From Octopus sinensis (lineage: Eukaryota): a DNA stretch of 64,000 nt. The stretch covers positions 16,244,001 to 16,308,000 of the forward strand of contig NC_043008.1 in the NCBI RefSeq assembly GCF_006345805.1, in the 5' to 3' direction. Numbering within the stretch: the stretch's first letter is position 1; every line of letters begins with the position of its first letter. The notes under the pieces were generated by a model. That model searched no databases, was not told where the DNA came from, and worked only from the letters and a program-made list of their open reading frames with translations. Positions 15,329 to 28,360 of this stretch are shown piece by piece. The position numbers and the translations under genes are program-made.

Positions 15329-16162
15329 CAAGTTGTTCGGGCGAATTTTGACACCTGGCGTAGAGCAAAGGGAAACGAAACACAATATACTGTCCAAAAA
15401 TAAACGTATTAAACAAATATCAACCTCATTTGTGCTGGACGATAACAGTTTACTCGGAGAAGCAGACCTCATCTTCCACCAAGGCAACTCCGGAACATGA
15501 TGCATTTGTTTTCACTTTCTCTGGTGAGATCATCGAACAACTCCTTGGTGTTCGCCACCAAATTTGCTTTGGGGTTAGAGGCTGAACGGTTGGTGTCTCT
15601 ATGAACCGTGTGCAAAATGTTGTTATCCATGCAATCGGGAAGTTAGCAGGCCAGAAATCTGGGCTGGCGAAGTCATAGAAATTCTCCGATAACCACTTCT
15701 GAAACTTTTCTGAGTTGTGGCAAGGACACGAAGTCTGCTGCAATGCACATTGCTTTTCAACAACAAGCTTCGCCAGCCAATGATTCACTCTAGACGCCAG
15801 CAGCTACATACGTTCGCCTGAATTATTCCTAGGTAACTGTTCTTTGGTTAATCAACAATTATCGGCGTGAAGACGCTGTCGAAATGACTGCTGTGCCACT
15901 TCTTACGGGCAGCGGCAACCTAGTCTTCGTTGCAGCTATCCATTGATAGTGTTCACAGAACATTGCCAACCGTCACGAAGACATGACTATTTGTTACTCG
16001 GCGTGAATCAACATGATTATATTATTCTGGAAGCGTGAAGTCTTCTAACTCAGCTAGATTATTCTCAACAGTAACTTTAAACTTCATAGTCTCCAAAGCC
16101 CTTGACTAAGCTTGGACAAGAAAGGAAACATAAAAATCACCAAATATAGCCCGAACATACTA
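15329..16162 (-). mobile_element. Internally deleted Tc1/mariner transposon, maT (DD37D)-like remnant
   Basis: Imperfect TIRs (caagttgttcgggcga / tagcccgaacatacta). The minus-strand peptide QQTSCPCHNSEKFQKWLSENFYDFASPDFWPANFP resembles the QQDSAPCH...WPPNSPD region of maT-type transposases and is frameshifted. Confidence 0.75.
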
Positions 16163-16216
16163 CAATATGAAGTAGTCCTAAAGAGCAAGAGGCCGAGATA
16201 AAAATAGAGATAACGC

Positions 16217-16257
<41 letters not shown>

Positions 16258-16392
16258 CAACCAATAAGGGTGAGAAATGTTATACTAATTTAATAGTACA
16301 TCCATTTAACACCTAGTGGCTTCGTGCATATAAGTGCTGAAGCCCAATGGATCTATTTTTACTGCTAGAGTAGACCACATAGTGGCGGCTCT

Positions 16393-16467
<75 letters not shown>

Positions 16468-17124
16468 ACGAAAGATAGAAAGAAAGAGATAGGAGGAAAA
16501 GAGAAAGAGACATTCAGATAGGAGTCTTTTCTCTGAGTTTGTCACAGTATTTGGTTTGTGGTTTTTAATATATCTACACCAACAGGTACATAAAAGTTGA
16601 TTCAACTTCCTATAACTTGACAGTAGTCATCGAATTTTTTTTTCCTTCCGTTTGTTTGACATCACATTAGGTGTTTGAACTAATACAATATGTCGATACA
16701 AGCCATTTCATATCAAGTCTCGTGTAAAGCATGTGCATGTCAAAATGACTATTTATCAATTCTGTTATTTATAAATATCATAGATCTTGAAATATGCATT
16801 TCTGCACCAGTGTGAAAAGTACATATGCTAAGTACATATGTACTTTTCTTTTACCAAGGCCTATTCCACATAAGTAACCTCAATAAGACACACACCAGGC
16901 ATCCCATTCATTTCCCAGCGCAAAGAGGTGAGCACGGGTCCAGGCATAGAAAGCAAACCCCCAGTATCAGCAGTAGGGGCCGAGAGCCTATGCTGGTTTA
17001 ACCCCACCTTATCATGCTGCTTCCATACCCCTTTGAAAAATATCAATTCATATATCCGTCCACAAACTCTCCAAATAATTAAAAACATACCATTATATAT
17101 TATGTCATTCGGAAATTAATGTAT

Positions 17125-17483
17125 CCTTGGTTTCAGATACTGGCCCGCGGGCCTCAATCGTCATTAGCGTGAATCACCGATAAAAAACTCTAAATCCGTC
17201 ACGTTGAACATCCATCAACGTTCTGACTTATTTTGCCCGTTTTGATGCAAATATATTTACGAGGAAAATTCGATTGTAAACACTCGGAGAAAGATATGAT
17301 TGTTAATATTACCTGTGGTTAATATAACCCTAATAATATCAATGATAATATAGGTGGTTCCAGGTATTTAAAATGCAAAGTCAAAACGCTGAAAGACGTT
17401 CAGCGTAACAGATATAAAATTTTATCATAGGTGATTCATGCTAACAAAGTTTGCGGCCCGTGGGCCAGAATCCGAAACCATGA
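17125..17483. mobile_element. hAT (Charlie-like) non-autonomous element / MITE
   Basis: ~30-bp TIRs cttggtttcagatactggcccgcgggcc and ggcccgtgggccagaatccgaaaccatg. The ggcccgcgggcc subterminal motif is typical of Charlie-type hATs. No clear TSD. Confidence 0.65.
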
Positions 17484-17670
17484 TATATAACTATCAGAAT
17501 TACATGATCTTTAACGGTATGATTTTAATAGTTTAATTCTTAAACCGTTTGCTCGCCTACTGTTCTCTCTGTCATATTCTGGTAATTTCGGTGGTGGGTT
17601 AGGGATTTGACTCCTATTTCTAAACAAGTTGATGCTTTGTGCTCTTTCAGCTTAGTGCTAATATCTAGTT

Positions 17671-17718
<48 letters not shown>

Positions 17719-17720
17719 TC

Positions 17721-18019
17721 GAAGCGCAATGACCCGGTGGTTAGGGCAGCGGTATCGCGGTCGGAGGATTGCGGTTTCGATTCCCAGATCGGGCGGGCGT
17801 TGTGCGTGTTTATTGAGCGAAAATGCCTAAATGCTCCAGGAGGCTTCGGTAGGGGGGAGCGCCCCCTGTTGTACTCTTTCTCTCACTCCTTCTTCCTATT
17901 TCTTGCGTAACGCTGCGATGGACTGGCGTCCCGTCCAGATGCGGGGAACCCATACGCCATAGAAACCGAGAAACCGGGCCCATGGCCTGGCTGGGCTTGA
18001 AAAGGGCGCATAAATAAAT
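17721..18019 (+). mobile_element. SINE family C
   Basis: A-box tgacccggtggt, B-box ggtttcgattccc, ctgcgatggactggcgtcccgtccag and a taaataaa tail; inserted in (TA)n. Confidence 0.9.
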
Positions 18020-18118
18020 ATATATATATATATATATATATACATACATATGTATATATATATATATATATTATATATATGTATATATATATAATATATA
18101 TATATATATAATATAATA

Positions 18119-18149
<31 letters not shown>

Positions 18150-18348
18150 ATGTGAAATAGAAAGATGAATAATCTTGTAGTAGATTAATCAAAAGTTTAA
18201 CCGATACCTTAGTAGCAAAAATCACAGCAGTAAACTGATCGGATTTTGGTAATTTGTGCCTTTCGAAACACGTGTAGAATGAAATAAAACGATTTCTGTT
18301 CAATCTGCGTTCAGCTCCATTTCTTCAATTCACCAATAATGTTATATA

Positions 18349-18380
<32 letters not shown>

Positions 18381-18957
18381 GGTGTGTGTGAAGTTATGGC
18401 AATAAATTATATACAGTTTTTATATATGTACTAAATGTTTTCGTTTCAAATCTAATATTTTTTCCAATTATTTAGATTATTCAATTCGTTAACTAATAGC
18501 GATGTTCATTATCATAGGATTTACCATAAAAAAAACTAATATAAATCTTATTTTGTTTTTGCAGTAAACGGGGATTTCTAACAATATTTGAAATACTTCA
18601 ATATATGTCTCGAAATAATACCGTTTTAATGATGAATAGATTTCAAAACAATTCTCCCGCTAGCAACCGCGTAATTTTTTGTTTTTTTTTACGTCTTCCA
18701 TTAATGCGCATATTATCATGGAAGTAAACACAATAAGAGAAATAATTTTATTAAAGAATATAAATGGCTATATACTTTTTCTTATATTTATGTATTAGTC
18801 TTTTTCTTTTTTTATTACATATCACTTACAATTACCTCTGCAGCCACAGGCATGGAGTCTTTCTTTATATCATAGCCATAACAATATTGATATTAGCATA
18901 CAGTTTAGTTTTAACAATAACAGCTCTATGAGGAAACAACCTCAACAATAGCAAGTA

Positions 18958-18997
18958 TAAATAATAATAATAATAATAATAATATAATAATAATAAT

Positions 18998-19064
<67 letters not shown>

Positions 19065-19094
19065 GAGATAATAATATTAATAATAATAATAATA

Positions 19095-19128
<34 letters not shown>

Positions 19129-19144
19129 GGCAATAATAATGATG

Positions 19145-19220
<76 letters not shown>

Positions 19221-19245
19221 TAATAATAATAATAATAATAACTAC
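18958..19245. repeat. (TAA)n microsatellite
   Basis: Direct. Confidence 0.97.
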
Positions 19246-19757
19246 AACAACATCGCCATTATCGTAAAACCTCAATATTAGTAAATATTAATAATAATAA
19301 GCGGTATAAAAGCAATAAGTATAATAGTCATATTAATTAAAGTATTATTAATAATGACATCCTCCTTATAATCTTTCTGTTGTAGGACAAGTGACAAATT
19401 ATTTCTTCTTCTTATACTATTAACCATAATTACGCACACACACAAACTCACACACACACACACGCACACAGACACATACACACATGAAAGTACGCAGTTG
19501 CATGTAATATAAAACTAAACAGGAACAATTCAATCGTCAGACTTTCACGGTGATGGATAGCATCCTGTTTCACAATTAGTAGATTTGTATGTATGCATTT
19601 ATGTATACGTATTGGTCTGTATGTGTATATACAAGAGAATATAACCAATAGTAGTGCAGACAAATTAGTAAGAGAAAGAAATCTTCCAGATGATTAAATG
19701 ATTAAAGAAGCAAGAAGCACTTTTATGAGCTATATGGAAGCTAGAATTTTGTCTGCG

Positions 19758-19794
<37 letters not shown>

Positions 19795-19988
19795 ATTGAA
19801 TAGCAGCAGGTGCCTCGGAATTGACAAGGATATGGTATGTGAATATTCATGTGTTATATACTATTACAAATAGAATACAGCTGCATGTATATATGCATGA
19901 GTTTATGTAAGTATGTATGTATATATATATGTGTGGGTGGGTGTGTGGGTGTATGTGTGTGTGTATGTAAATACGTATGTATGCATTA

Positions 19989-20019
<31 letters not shown>

Positions 20020-20061
20020 TGCATAAATGTATATATATATATATATTATATATATATATAT

Positions 20062-20105
<44 letters not shown>

Positions 20106-20116
20106 ATAATAAATAT

Positions 20117-20347
20117 TAGGGATTGAATCCAAAATTACAGGGAAAAATCAGATTTAGGGTTAAATCCAATTTTATAGTAAAATATTATATAATATAATTC
20201 GAGACAAAACCACTATTTTAAAACCAAACAAGGAAAGACTTAATCAATACATAAAATTTTAATATAATTTTATTTAATTTATATTAAAATTTTATGTATT
20301 GATTAAGTCTTTCCTTGTTTGGTTTTAAAATAGTGGTTCTGTCTCGA
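20117..20347. repeat. Palindromic repeat-tail cassette inside (TA)n
   Basis: The ~68-bp arms 20198-20265 and 20280-20347 pair with 1 mismatch. The same sequence recurs singly at 44741-44810. Confidence 0.9.
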
Positions 20348-20397
20348 TTATATATATATATATTATATATATATATATATATAATATATATATATAT

Positions 20398-20445
<48 letters not shown>

Positions 20446-20484
20446 TTTGTAGGAGCAGTGACTATCATCCAAATTTAGTGATAT

Positions 20485-20690
20485 CTGTTCATGCTTACAT
20501 TTCACAATTATGGTATTTGGAACTCTACATGTGATCCTTCAAGTGCAAATGGATGCTTTATCATTAAGGACCACCAGGGGAAACGTTATTGTATTATTTT
20601 CCTAATAAACATCTATTTGCACTTGGAACATCCAACGTAGTGTTAGAAAGAACAGCTATGGTGAAATGTACGTATGAGCAATTGTTATAA
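20485..20690. repeat. Old imperfect inverted repeat (possible decayed MITE)
   Basis: ~75-bp arms, e.g. caagtgcaaatggatg / catctatttgcacttg and tacatttcac / gtgaaatgta. Confidence 0.6.
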
Positions 20691-21514
20691 TCTTCATTTT
20701 ATCATAATTCTGCCTACATTTGCTCCGTATTTCATAAATAATAGCACTGTAGCAGCTTCACCACTATACTGAAAGCAGATTGGACTGTGATATTCTACGT
20801 GTACGATTTTCCATTTTCTTTATACTAAACTGACGATTATTTAAAATATCTGGAGTAAAATACGGTGAGATACCTTGGCTAAAATGTGATCTGTTTCCAA
20901 GAGAACTGCAAGAATTGTCTGCCTAGTTTATTATCATTCAATAATGAACACAATATCCCAGCTTAATTATTTATGATAGTGGTCTACTTTGTCCGACATG
21001 TTAGGAACCCCCAGAATAACCTATAGTTTTTTAATGAATTCCTCGCATTCTGATCTTCATACAAAGAAGTCCGAGCTTATTGGAAGTATTATTTATATGA
21101 AATATTAACTCATTAGAGAATATCTGAAACGCTGAAGAATAGATATCATAAGATCGATTATCTTAGACACAGAACCTAGATTATTTAAAGGATAATGAAT
21201 AACTAAATGAATAGCAATGAAATATAATGTAAAGCCAATGCTATTGTTTGTTTTGTATTCGTATTAAAGACACCAGAGACACACTGGGTCTTTCAGCTAT
21301 TTTTGTAACTAATTGTAATCGAGACTCAGAATATGTCAGGGCTGAATTAATCTATACATATGTGACAAAACATATAATATATGTAACTATGTTATATATT
21401 TCCTTATGCCAGGGATACGTTTCACGTTATAAGACCTTAACGCATTCCTCATTGTAATATATACAGTGAATGAATCTGTACACACACACACAGACGCACA
21501 CACTCATTATGTGT

Positions 21515-21815
21515 GGAGGTACATGACCTAGTGGTTAGAGCAGCGGACTCACGCTCGGTTGATCGACGGTTTGAATCTCAGACCGGGCGATGTCTGTGTT
21601 TATGAGCGAAACACCTAAGCTCCACGCAGCTCCGGCAGAGGGTAATGGCGAAACTTCTGCTGCCTCTTTCGCCAAATCTTTCCCTCACTCTTTCCTCCTG
21701 TATCTTGCAGCTCACCTGCGACGGACCGGCGTCCCATCCAGGTGGGGAACCTATACGCCAAGGAAACCGAGAAACCGCTCCTGTGAGCCAGGCATGGCTC
21801 GAGAAGGAACAAACA
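21515..21815 (+). mobile_element. SINE family C variant with 13-bp TSD
   Basis: A-box tgacctagtggt, B-box ggtttgaatctc and ctgcgacggaccggcgtcccatccag. TSD actcattatgtgt at 21502-21514 and 21816-21828. Confidence 0.9.
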
Positions 21816-22476
21816 ACTCATTATGTGTATGTAAATGTGTATGCATAAGTATGTATGTATATATGCATGTATGTATGACATCATGGGCTGTCGTCTCTTG
21901 ATAACCTAGTGTCTGCAATACTAATGTTATTGTCAGTGAAACGATAAACAGATATGCATTCAAACCATTTAATTGTCTAGACAGAACAGCGGGATATATG
22001 CAAGGGTAAGGCAGAAATATACAACTTAATCTTGAAAATTGTTCAGTTAAGTCAAGGCTATCAAGGAAATCGCTATACATTGACACATACGAATGGAAAA
22101 TAACTAATGGAGCTTAACAATTTATAATTCATCGAGATTGCAGTTTAATGAAGGCATAGAATCAGAAAATTACTTGTTAAAACAGAAACTGGTATATATA
22201 CAATTTAGACAATACTAGCATCAATTTAAGACGTAGACCCAGAGGTTGTTTTATTTTATCTCGCTGTATTCAAACACAAAATCGCCGTATGTTCGCAGCA
22301 TGTTGAATTTCTTTCATTTGTCTGTTCAATTGGATTTTGAATATTTTCCAAAACAATTCTTCCAAGATTTGATTCAGAATATGGATCACCGATTTATCAA
22401 TGGAGAGGAGAACATCGAGAATACTTACATAACAGGGGAAAAATGACTTCCCATTATAAACACGCATTAAAAATAA

Positions 22477-22879
22477 TCTTTATATATAAAAGTAAGATTG
22501 TGTGCTGTCTTTCTCCTACGATTTAGATTCCTAACTACTCCCACATTTTGTGGTGCAGTTTAACCAAAACCGGGTATCTTATAGTCATGATTCATATCGA
22601 GCCCTTCTCGGTATTAGCGCGCGTCTACGATAAGCCTACGATTTAAAAAAAGAATTACCATAATTTTTTTTCCATTTTAATGCAATTTTTTCGCTATTAT
22701 ATAAGGGAAGTAACTCTCTTAAAATGTCTACGATGAGTCAACGATTTAAAAAAAAAATTACCATAATTTTTTTTCCATTTTTAATGCATTTTTTTGCTAT
22801 ATTTTGGCTATAACTCTCTAAAAATGCTTATATAGTTATTTCCCTTACAAACACGAGCAACGCCGGGCGATAATGCTAG
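22477..22879 (+). mobile_element. Non-autonomous Helitron
   Basis: 5' TC (TCtttatatataaaa), subterminal motif acgagcaacgccggg and 3' CTAG. Inserted between A and T with no TSD, and carries an internal ~100-bp duplication. Confidence 0.88.
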
Positions 22880-22909
22880 TTATTTATAAATATTATGACA
22901 CAAAAATTG

Positions 22910-23090
22910 AAGGGAGCGTCATAGGAGAATCATTAGCTCGCCGGACAAAATGTATAACGTCATATCATCCGTCTTTACGTTCTGAGTTCAAATTCCGCTG
23001 AGGTTGACTTTGACTTTCATCTTTTCACGGTTGATAAAATAAGTACCAGGTGAACACTGTAGCTGATATGTTCAACTGTTGACATAACGT
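22910..23090 (+). mobile_element. SINE family A
   Basis: ttacgttctgagttcaaattccgctgaggttgactttgactttcatc...gataaaataagtaccag. Confidence 0.8.
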
Positions 23091-23148
23091 CACCTCGTGT
23101 ACATGTGATCATATTGACAATATTTACACGCTGTATAATTGAATTCGA

Positions 23149-23149
23149 T

Positions 23150-23180
<31 letters not shown>

Positions 23181-23193
23181 AAGCAGCAGCAGC

Positions 23194-23262
<69 letters not shown>

Positions 23263-23278
23263 TGTTGTTGTTGTTGTT
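23149..23278. repeat. (GTA)n/(GCA)n/(GTT)n microsatellite
   Basis: Direct. Confidence 0.97.
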
Positions 23279-23281
23279 TTT

Positions 23282-23800
23282 ATAGTTGAATATTTCCGAA
23301 GATTTTTGGAATTATCTGGATTGAAGTTCCAAACTGTAAATACATGGGGGTTAGCATCATTTCGGTATGGAACTATGCAAATTGCAGAAATGACAACACA
23401 ACTGAGAGTGGTGAATGCAGAATGCATGATGTGAGTGGTGTGTCAGTGTGGAACATTGTCAGTGAATGACCGAAAAAGGCGCAACGCCAATACAAAAGAC
23501 ATAACAAGGTGGTAAGAAAGATCTTTTGGAAACTTTGTGAAATTATGGCCGATGGCGATTAAAGGTATGGTATGCCCAAATCTCAAACGGAGTTACTAAG
23601 AATGTAGATTGTAAATTTCTGTTGGATTGAATGATTTACTTTGACCATCAGATCAAACAGGACAAATCTGTTATTATTGTGGTGAAACAAGAAGAAAAAA
23701 ACATACTTGTGATCGCTATAGCATGTTCCATTGACAACAGATTTAAAGAGAAAGAAGGAAAAAAAGGGTGAAACTATGAGATAGTACATCTAAGAAAACT
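23282..23800 (+). mobile_element. Decayed Dong/R4-clade non-LTR retrotransposon (RT thumb, CCHC finger, restriction-like endonuclease)
   Basis: Hand translation gives EYFRR...VNTWGLASFRYG (cf. AINTWAV..RY), then DNTTESGECRM..VWNIVSE* and AQRQYKRHNKVVRKIFWKLC, then ..IVVKQEEKNILVIAIACSIDNRFKEKEG. These are the characteristic R4/Dong C-terminal motifs, with stops, frameshifts and an internal deletion. Confidence 0.8.
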
Positions 23801-24499
23801 TATATCGTTACCAGGGATTAATTGCTGGTACTTATCGATATTTAAATAATGTCCGAAAGAAATACCTACATTAATGTCAAAGCGAAGCTGACCATGTAAG
23901 AAAATGGGGAACATGAATACTGTAATAACGCCAGCGATCATCGAAATACAAAGCTTCATGGAAAAAGGGGAGAGGAATATTCACCAACTGTATCCGAAAC
24001 AAAACTAATATTTATGTAGTTCAGAATATCGCAATTCTTGGAACATTCTACAAGTGTTTCGAATCAAGTTACATCTTCCCTAAAGCATCTCAATTCTAGA
24101 GTTTCCTCGTGGCTATGCAACCTATAAAACACGATATTAATAACATAACATTTATTTCGTCATTTCAAAAGGGATCCCATATTTCGCTTTACTTTTTTGT
24201 TCATTTGTATATTTATCCAACCGCTTTTGATAAAAGAGGTATGAAGTATTTTATTCATTACCAATAATAGTTATTTCATGTATATTATAATGCATTTCAA
24301 CCTATTTGTCCATTCATTCCTTTCAACTATTATTCACTTTATATTCTCCCTATTTGTTTCCTTCAGTATACATTAGCCTTCTAGGACTATTCCTAACGCA
24401 TCTCTTCTCCAAAATTCTCCCTTTCCTTTCCTATATATATATATATAAATCCTAATCTCTCTTCCTTTTAAATCAGATGCCTCTTTCTATTGCCTTTAG

Positions 24500-25240
24500 A
24501 GTAACAAATTGACATTCTTTTATGTGAGCCTTTCATAGTGTTTTCCCATCATAAATTTCACTTAATAAATGCACATGGTCTTTCAACAATTCCTTATATA
24601 TATTCCTTCCTCACATTTAATACACTTTTACTTTCTCTAATGCCATTCATATCACTTTGATATATAAAACATCTGTCTACCTCACTTCCAACTGTAAATG
24701 TATTGCCATTGGCTTGGCTATATAATTACAGAATCTCCACATTATTAAACGGACAATGTGGATGCAAAATATAGCCTTTTCGGTATTTTCGTATGAACTT
24801 TTAATTCAAACTCTCTGCAGGTCACTTCTAAATTTACAGTGCCAAGCATGCCGGATCTGCATTGATTGAAACAAGCTGTCTTTCCCAAATCAGATATGAT
24901 ACTATTTTCTCATCTATATTGATTAGCCTTTCGCAACAAAAGTTATCTCAAACATAAAGAGATATATGTAATTAATGGATTCTTGAGATATTCCTTCCAG
25001 TAAGTTATCGATTCTCATTATATGATAGATAAACGTGTAGCTAACTGGCATATTGAATATTCTTGACAATGCATTTTTCATTTGTGTACATCCATATCTC
25101 AGAAGTGAGAAGGTGATAAATATAACCTACACTTGAATTCCAAAGCAGTCCTATTCTGGATACCATAATCTACCAAAGAACATCCATTATATGATGATAT
25201 GATGGCTAAAAACAACGGAGCGAGACATTCACCGGATACT
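24500..25240 (-). mobile_element. Highly decayed RTE-like LINE reverse-transcriptase fragment
   Basis: Minus-strand GECLAPLFLAII..DYG (cf. QGDTLAPFLFII.LDY), KCIVKNIQYAS* (at the YADD position) and EFELKVHTK (cf. FGLKIN.KKT). Confidence 0.45.
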
Positions 25241-25300
25241 ATGCACATTAGAGATTTGCGTATATAGGTGAGCGTCATGTGTGACGCGTGTGTGTCCTGA

Positions 25301-25358
<58 letters not shown>

Positions 25359-25549
25359 AATGTATGCTGCAATATAAACCCATTCAGATAGGTTGTTTTG
25401 GTCAAGATGTATCCGGGAATAAATGATATCTCAGGCACTCCTTGGCGTGATTTGTGAAGATAGTGTTTGAAATTTATAAATTACTTTTCTTCCTTGATTT
25501 CTGTCGAGACGTAATGTTAAATAATGCTAGCTCATGACACTAGGCTAAC

Positions 25550-25768
25550 ATTGCTATATTTGTTTCCGCAATAACATTGTTGCTGATTCACCAGATGATA
25601 TCAAAAGGAAGAAACACTACAAGATATTTTGAATGTATGGCGTAGTATTTCAACCTGTCACTAAATGTGCAGAAGACCACAGTCGTATGCCAACCTGAGC
25701 CCGGAGTAAAGTAACATAAACCTCCGTCTATCTTGGTTTCAAATTTTCCCCTAAGTGTGGTGAAACTT
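25550..25768 (+). mobile_element. RTE/BovB-like LINE RT fragment interrupted by a mariner
   Basis: FNLSLNVQKTTVVCQPEPGVK*HKPPSI resembles the RTE-BovB motif FGLTISLKKTEVMYQPAPG. It appears to resume after 26647 with a YLGS-like remnant. Confidence 0.65.
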
Positions 25769-25770
25769 TA

Positions 25771-26645
25771 CATAGGATGGGTACCCGAAACAAACCTGAA
25801 TTTTGCAGTGTTATTTCATTCATTTAGTTTTATATGTTTACACTTTTATCAAATTCAGAGTATTCTCCATTTGAAGTAATGCATCGGTCCAGATGCGTTT
25901 TCCACTGTTGGAAGCAGTGCTGGAAATCCTGCAGTGATGCCTTTTAACGCAACTGTAATCTTTTTCTTTATCTCTTCCACATATGAAAATTTAGTAGCAC
26001 CAGCTTTCATAACCAATGATGACCTTCGCAAAAAGTCTGGATCACCTTCCCACTATTATTTCAGTTCACGGCACGCATTCAGTCGTGACTGGTTTCGATC
26101 TTCCATGAGCAAGCGAGGCACAAATTTTCATTCGCAATGCATCGCTCAAAATTGTTGGCAGGAGCTCCTGGACATACCAACCATACCAACAAGTTCATCG
26201 ATTGTTCAGTGAGGATCTTCCAAGATTAGTTCATGAATTTTCATGATGTTTTCATTCGTTAGGGAGGTTCACGTTCGCACAGAAGGAGATTGGTCTTCAA
26301 GCGACAATTCACCATTCCTAAAGAGTGGAAACCTCTCGTAAACTTGTGTGTTGCTCATAGCAGCGTCCTTGTAAGGACTCTTTTGGTACCGGTTTTCCTC
26401 AGCAGAAAACAGAATTTCACGAAAGTACCCTATGCCTTCATTTGAAACATCGCAAAATCGACGAACAGGGGAGAAGCACTGGAAAACAAAGACGTAAAAC
26501 GTGGAAATACGATATCACTCGACGACGCCGGTTGGCAGGCCGATGCCTGAGCGTTGCATCATGTGGTTTCTAACCAGGAAGCCAGAACAACAGCGAGCTT
26601 GTCTCACAGAGGACGTTCCCGGTTACTTTTAGGTACCCTCACGTG
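25771..26645 (-). mobile_element. Internally deleted mariner (DD34D) transposon
   Basis: TA at both flanks and TIRs cataggatgggtacccgaaacaaacc / ggttactttttaggtaccctcacgtg-like. Minus-strand peptides include KFVPRLL, VIIGYESWCY (TGDESW motif) and FQHCFQQWKTHLDRCITSNGEYSE. Confidence 0.88.
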
Positions 26646-27029
26646 TAATTTGCAGCATTACTTTTAACAATAGACTGGAGGCAGCTGTAGGTCTTCTGCA
26701 TATTAACGACTACAACCGCTTGTGGGAGTTTAAGGATCAGACAATGAAACTCTCAAGAAAATATAAACTTACACCGAGTAATAATACTTTACTGTTTTCC
26801 GCTAATGCTTTAACACTGTATTGTCTTTATATATATCAAAAAGATGATGAGCTACCACTTGTGCCAAGGGAGAAGGAAAGTGTATGGAATCGAATGGGGA
26901 GGGTTGCTCCCGTAATTCAAAAGTCTAGCCCTATCGTGTACTATAGCAAGAAGGTTGTAACCAAGGGTTATATTAATAATTTAAATTTTCAAGGTATATA
27001 CTCATCAATGTGCAGAGCAATCAATCTGT

Positions 27030-27725
27030 GCCTTTCTGGTAGAAGGCCTGAAATTTTGTGGGAGGGGGTTAATCGATTCATCGACCGCGGAATTTGAACT
27101 CAGAACGTAAAAACCTAGGAATCCAAGTCTTTCGATCTGACGATTTAAACACTGTACCACTTTACTCTTAGGAATTCATACTCTATTACGCGTAACCCAT
27201 ATTTCAATATACCTAAATAGTACCATATATTTTTCAATTAATATTATTCCTCACAAACATCATAAACATCACAAATATTGTAATTAAAACAGAAAATGTG
27301 ATGATTACGCTTTTGTCAAAGGGAAAATTCAACGTAAATGAAATTAAATTGCTTTAGGAGATGAAAGAAAACTTAGTTGAGTGGCTACTGGGTGGATTAA
27401 TACGTTCCATATCTCATCAAATGCTATAGTAAATGAGATATCGCTTTCAAAATTTAGCGAAAGGCTTGCAATATGGAGCGCGGGGTATCTCCATTAGATC
27501 TACCCCAGTAAACAACTGGTACTTATTTTACTGACCCCACTAAGGCAAAATCTACTTCAGCAGACCTTTTTGAAAATATAATGTAAAGACGGACGAAATG
27601 CTGCTAAGTATTTTGCCCGGCGTGCTAACGATTTTCTTTCACTCTAGGTAAAAAGCAAGAAATTGTGTTGGGGGAAGTCGATTAGATCGATTCCAGTACG
27701 CAACTGGTTCTTAATTCATCGACAT
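27030..27725 (-). mobile_element. Cluster of partial SINE family A copies (27030-27160, 27445-27635, 27640-27725)
   Basis: Reverse-complement matches: gcggaatttgaactcagaacgtaaa, aactggtacttatttt and cccggcgtgctaacg. Confidence 0.75.
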
Positions 27726-28360
27726 CGATCTTGGTTTTAGGAATTCCCAATAAGTTATGAATATTCAAATAGCCCCTAGGAATAGAAACTTTGAGGAGAC
27801 AAGTCCCTGTCAGTTAGTGGAGGAAGATATTAAACTATGAACAGGGTGAGGAACGGTTCAGTTTCTTGTAGAGGGTGTGCATGGATTTTACATGTAGGAA
27901 AAGAAGGTGAGATAAAGATGAAAGAATACCTGGAGTTGCAAGGAATAAAAAAGGATGATGAGGTTCCCAAAAAGGCTTAAGGTATGTCGAAGAATCGATT
28001 TACAAGTTTCTATGGTAAGATTCACGGGGAGGTGGTAAGAACATTGAGACTGTGAAGAAGGAGGGGATGAGAACGTGAATAAGGGGTGTGAAGAAATAAA
28101 TTGAGAGATAGGGGAGGAGAAGAAAGAGATCGAGGAAGAAAAACAGGGAGGGAGGGAGGGAGAGAGAGAGTGAAAGAGAAGGAGAGAGAAATATAAAAAA
28201 CATCAAACATACAGGAGGACTCAGACATATTCATATCTAATGAATATCTATGTATCTGTCTATCCCACCATCTCTCCTTCTCCTACTCTCTCTATCATTT
28301 CTCCCACTCTCTTCTCTCTCGCTCTCTCTCTCTCTATATATTATATATAATATTATATAT

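Noticed and set aside
27760-28320. Purine-rich tract as a possible retroelement RT fragment (similar tract at 33360-33640)
   Set aside because: I could not recover convincing RT motifs by hand translation.
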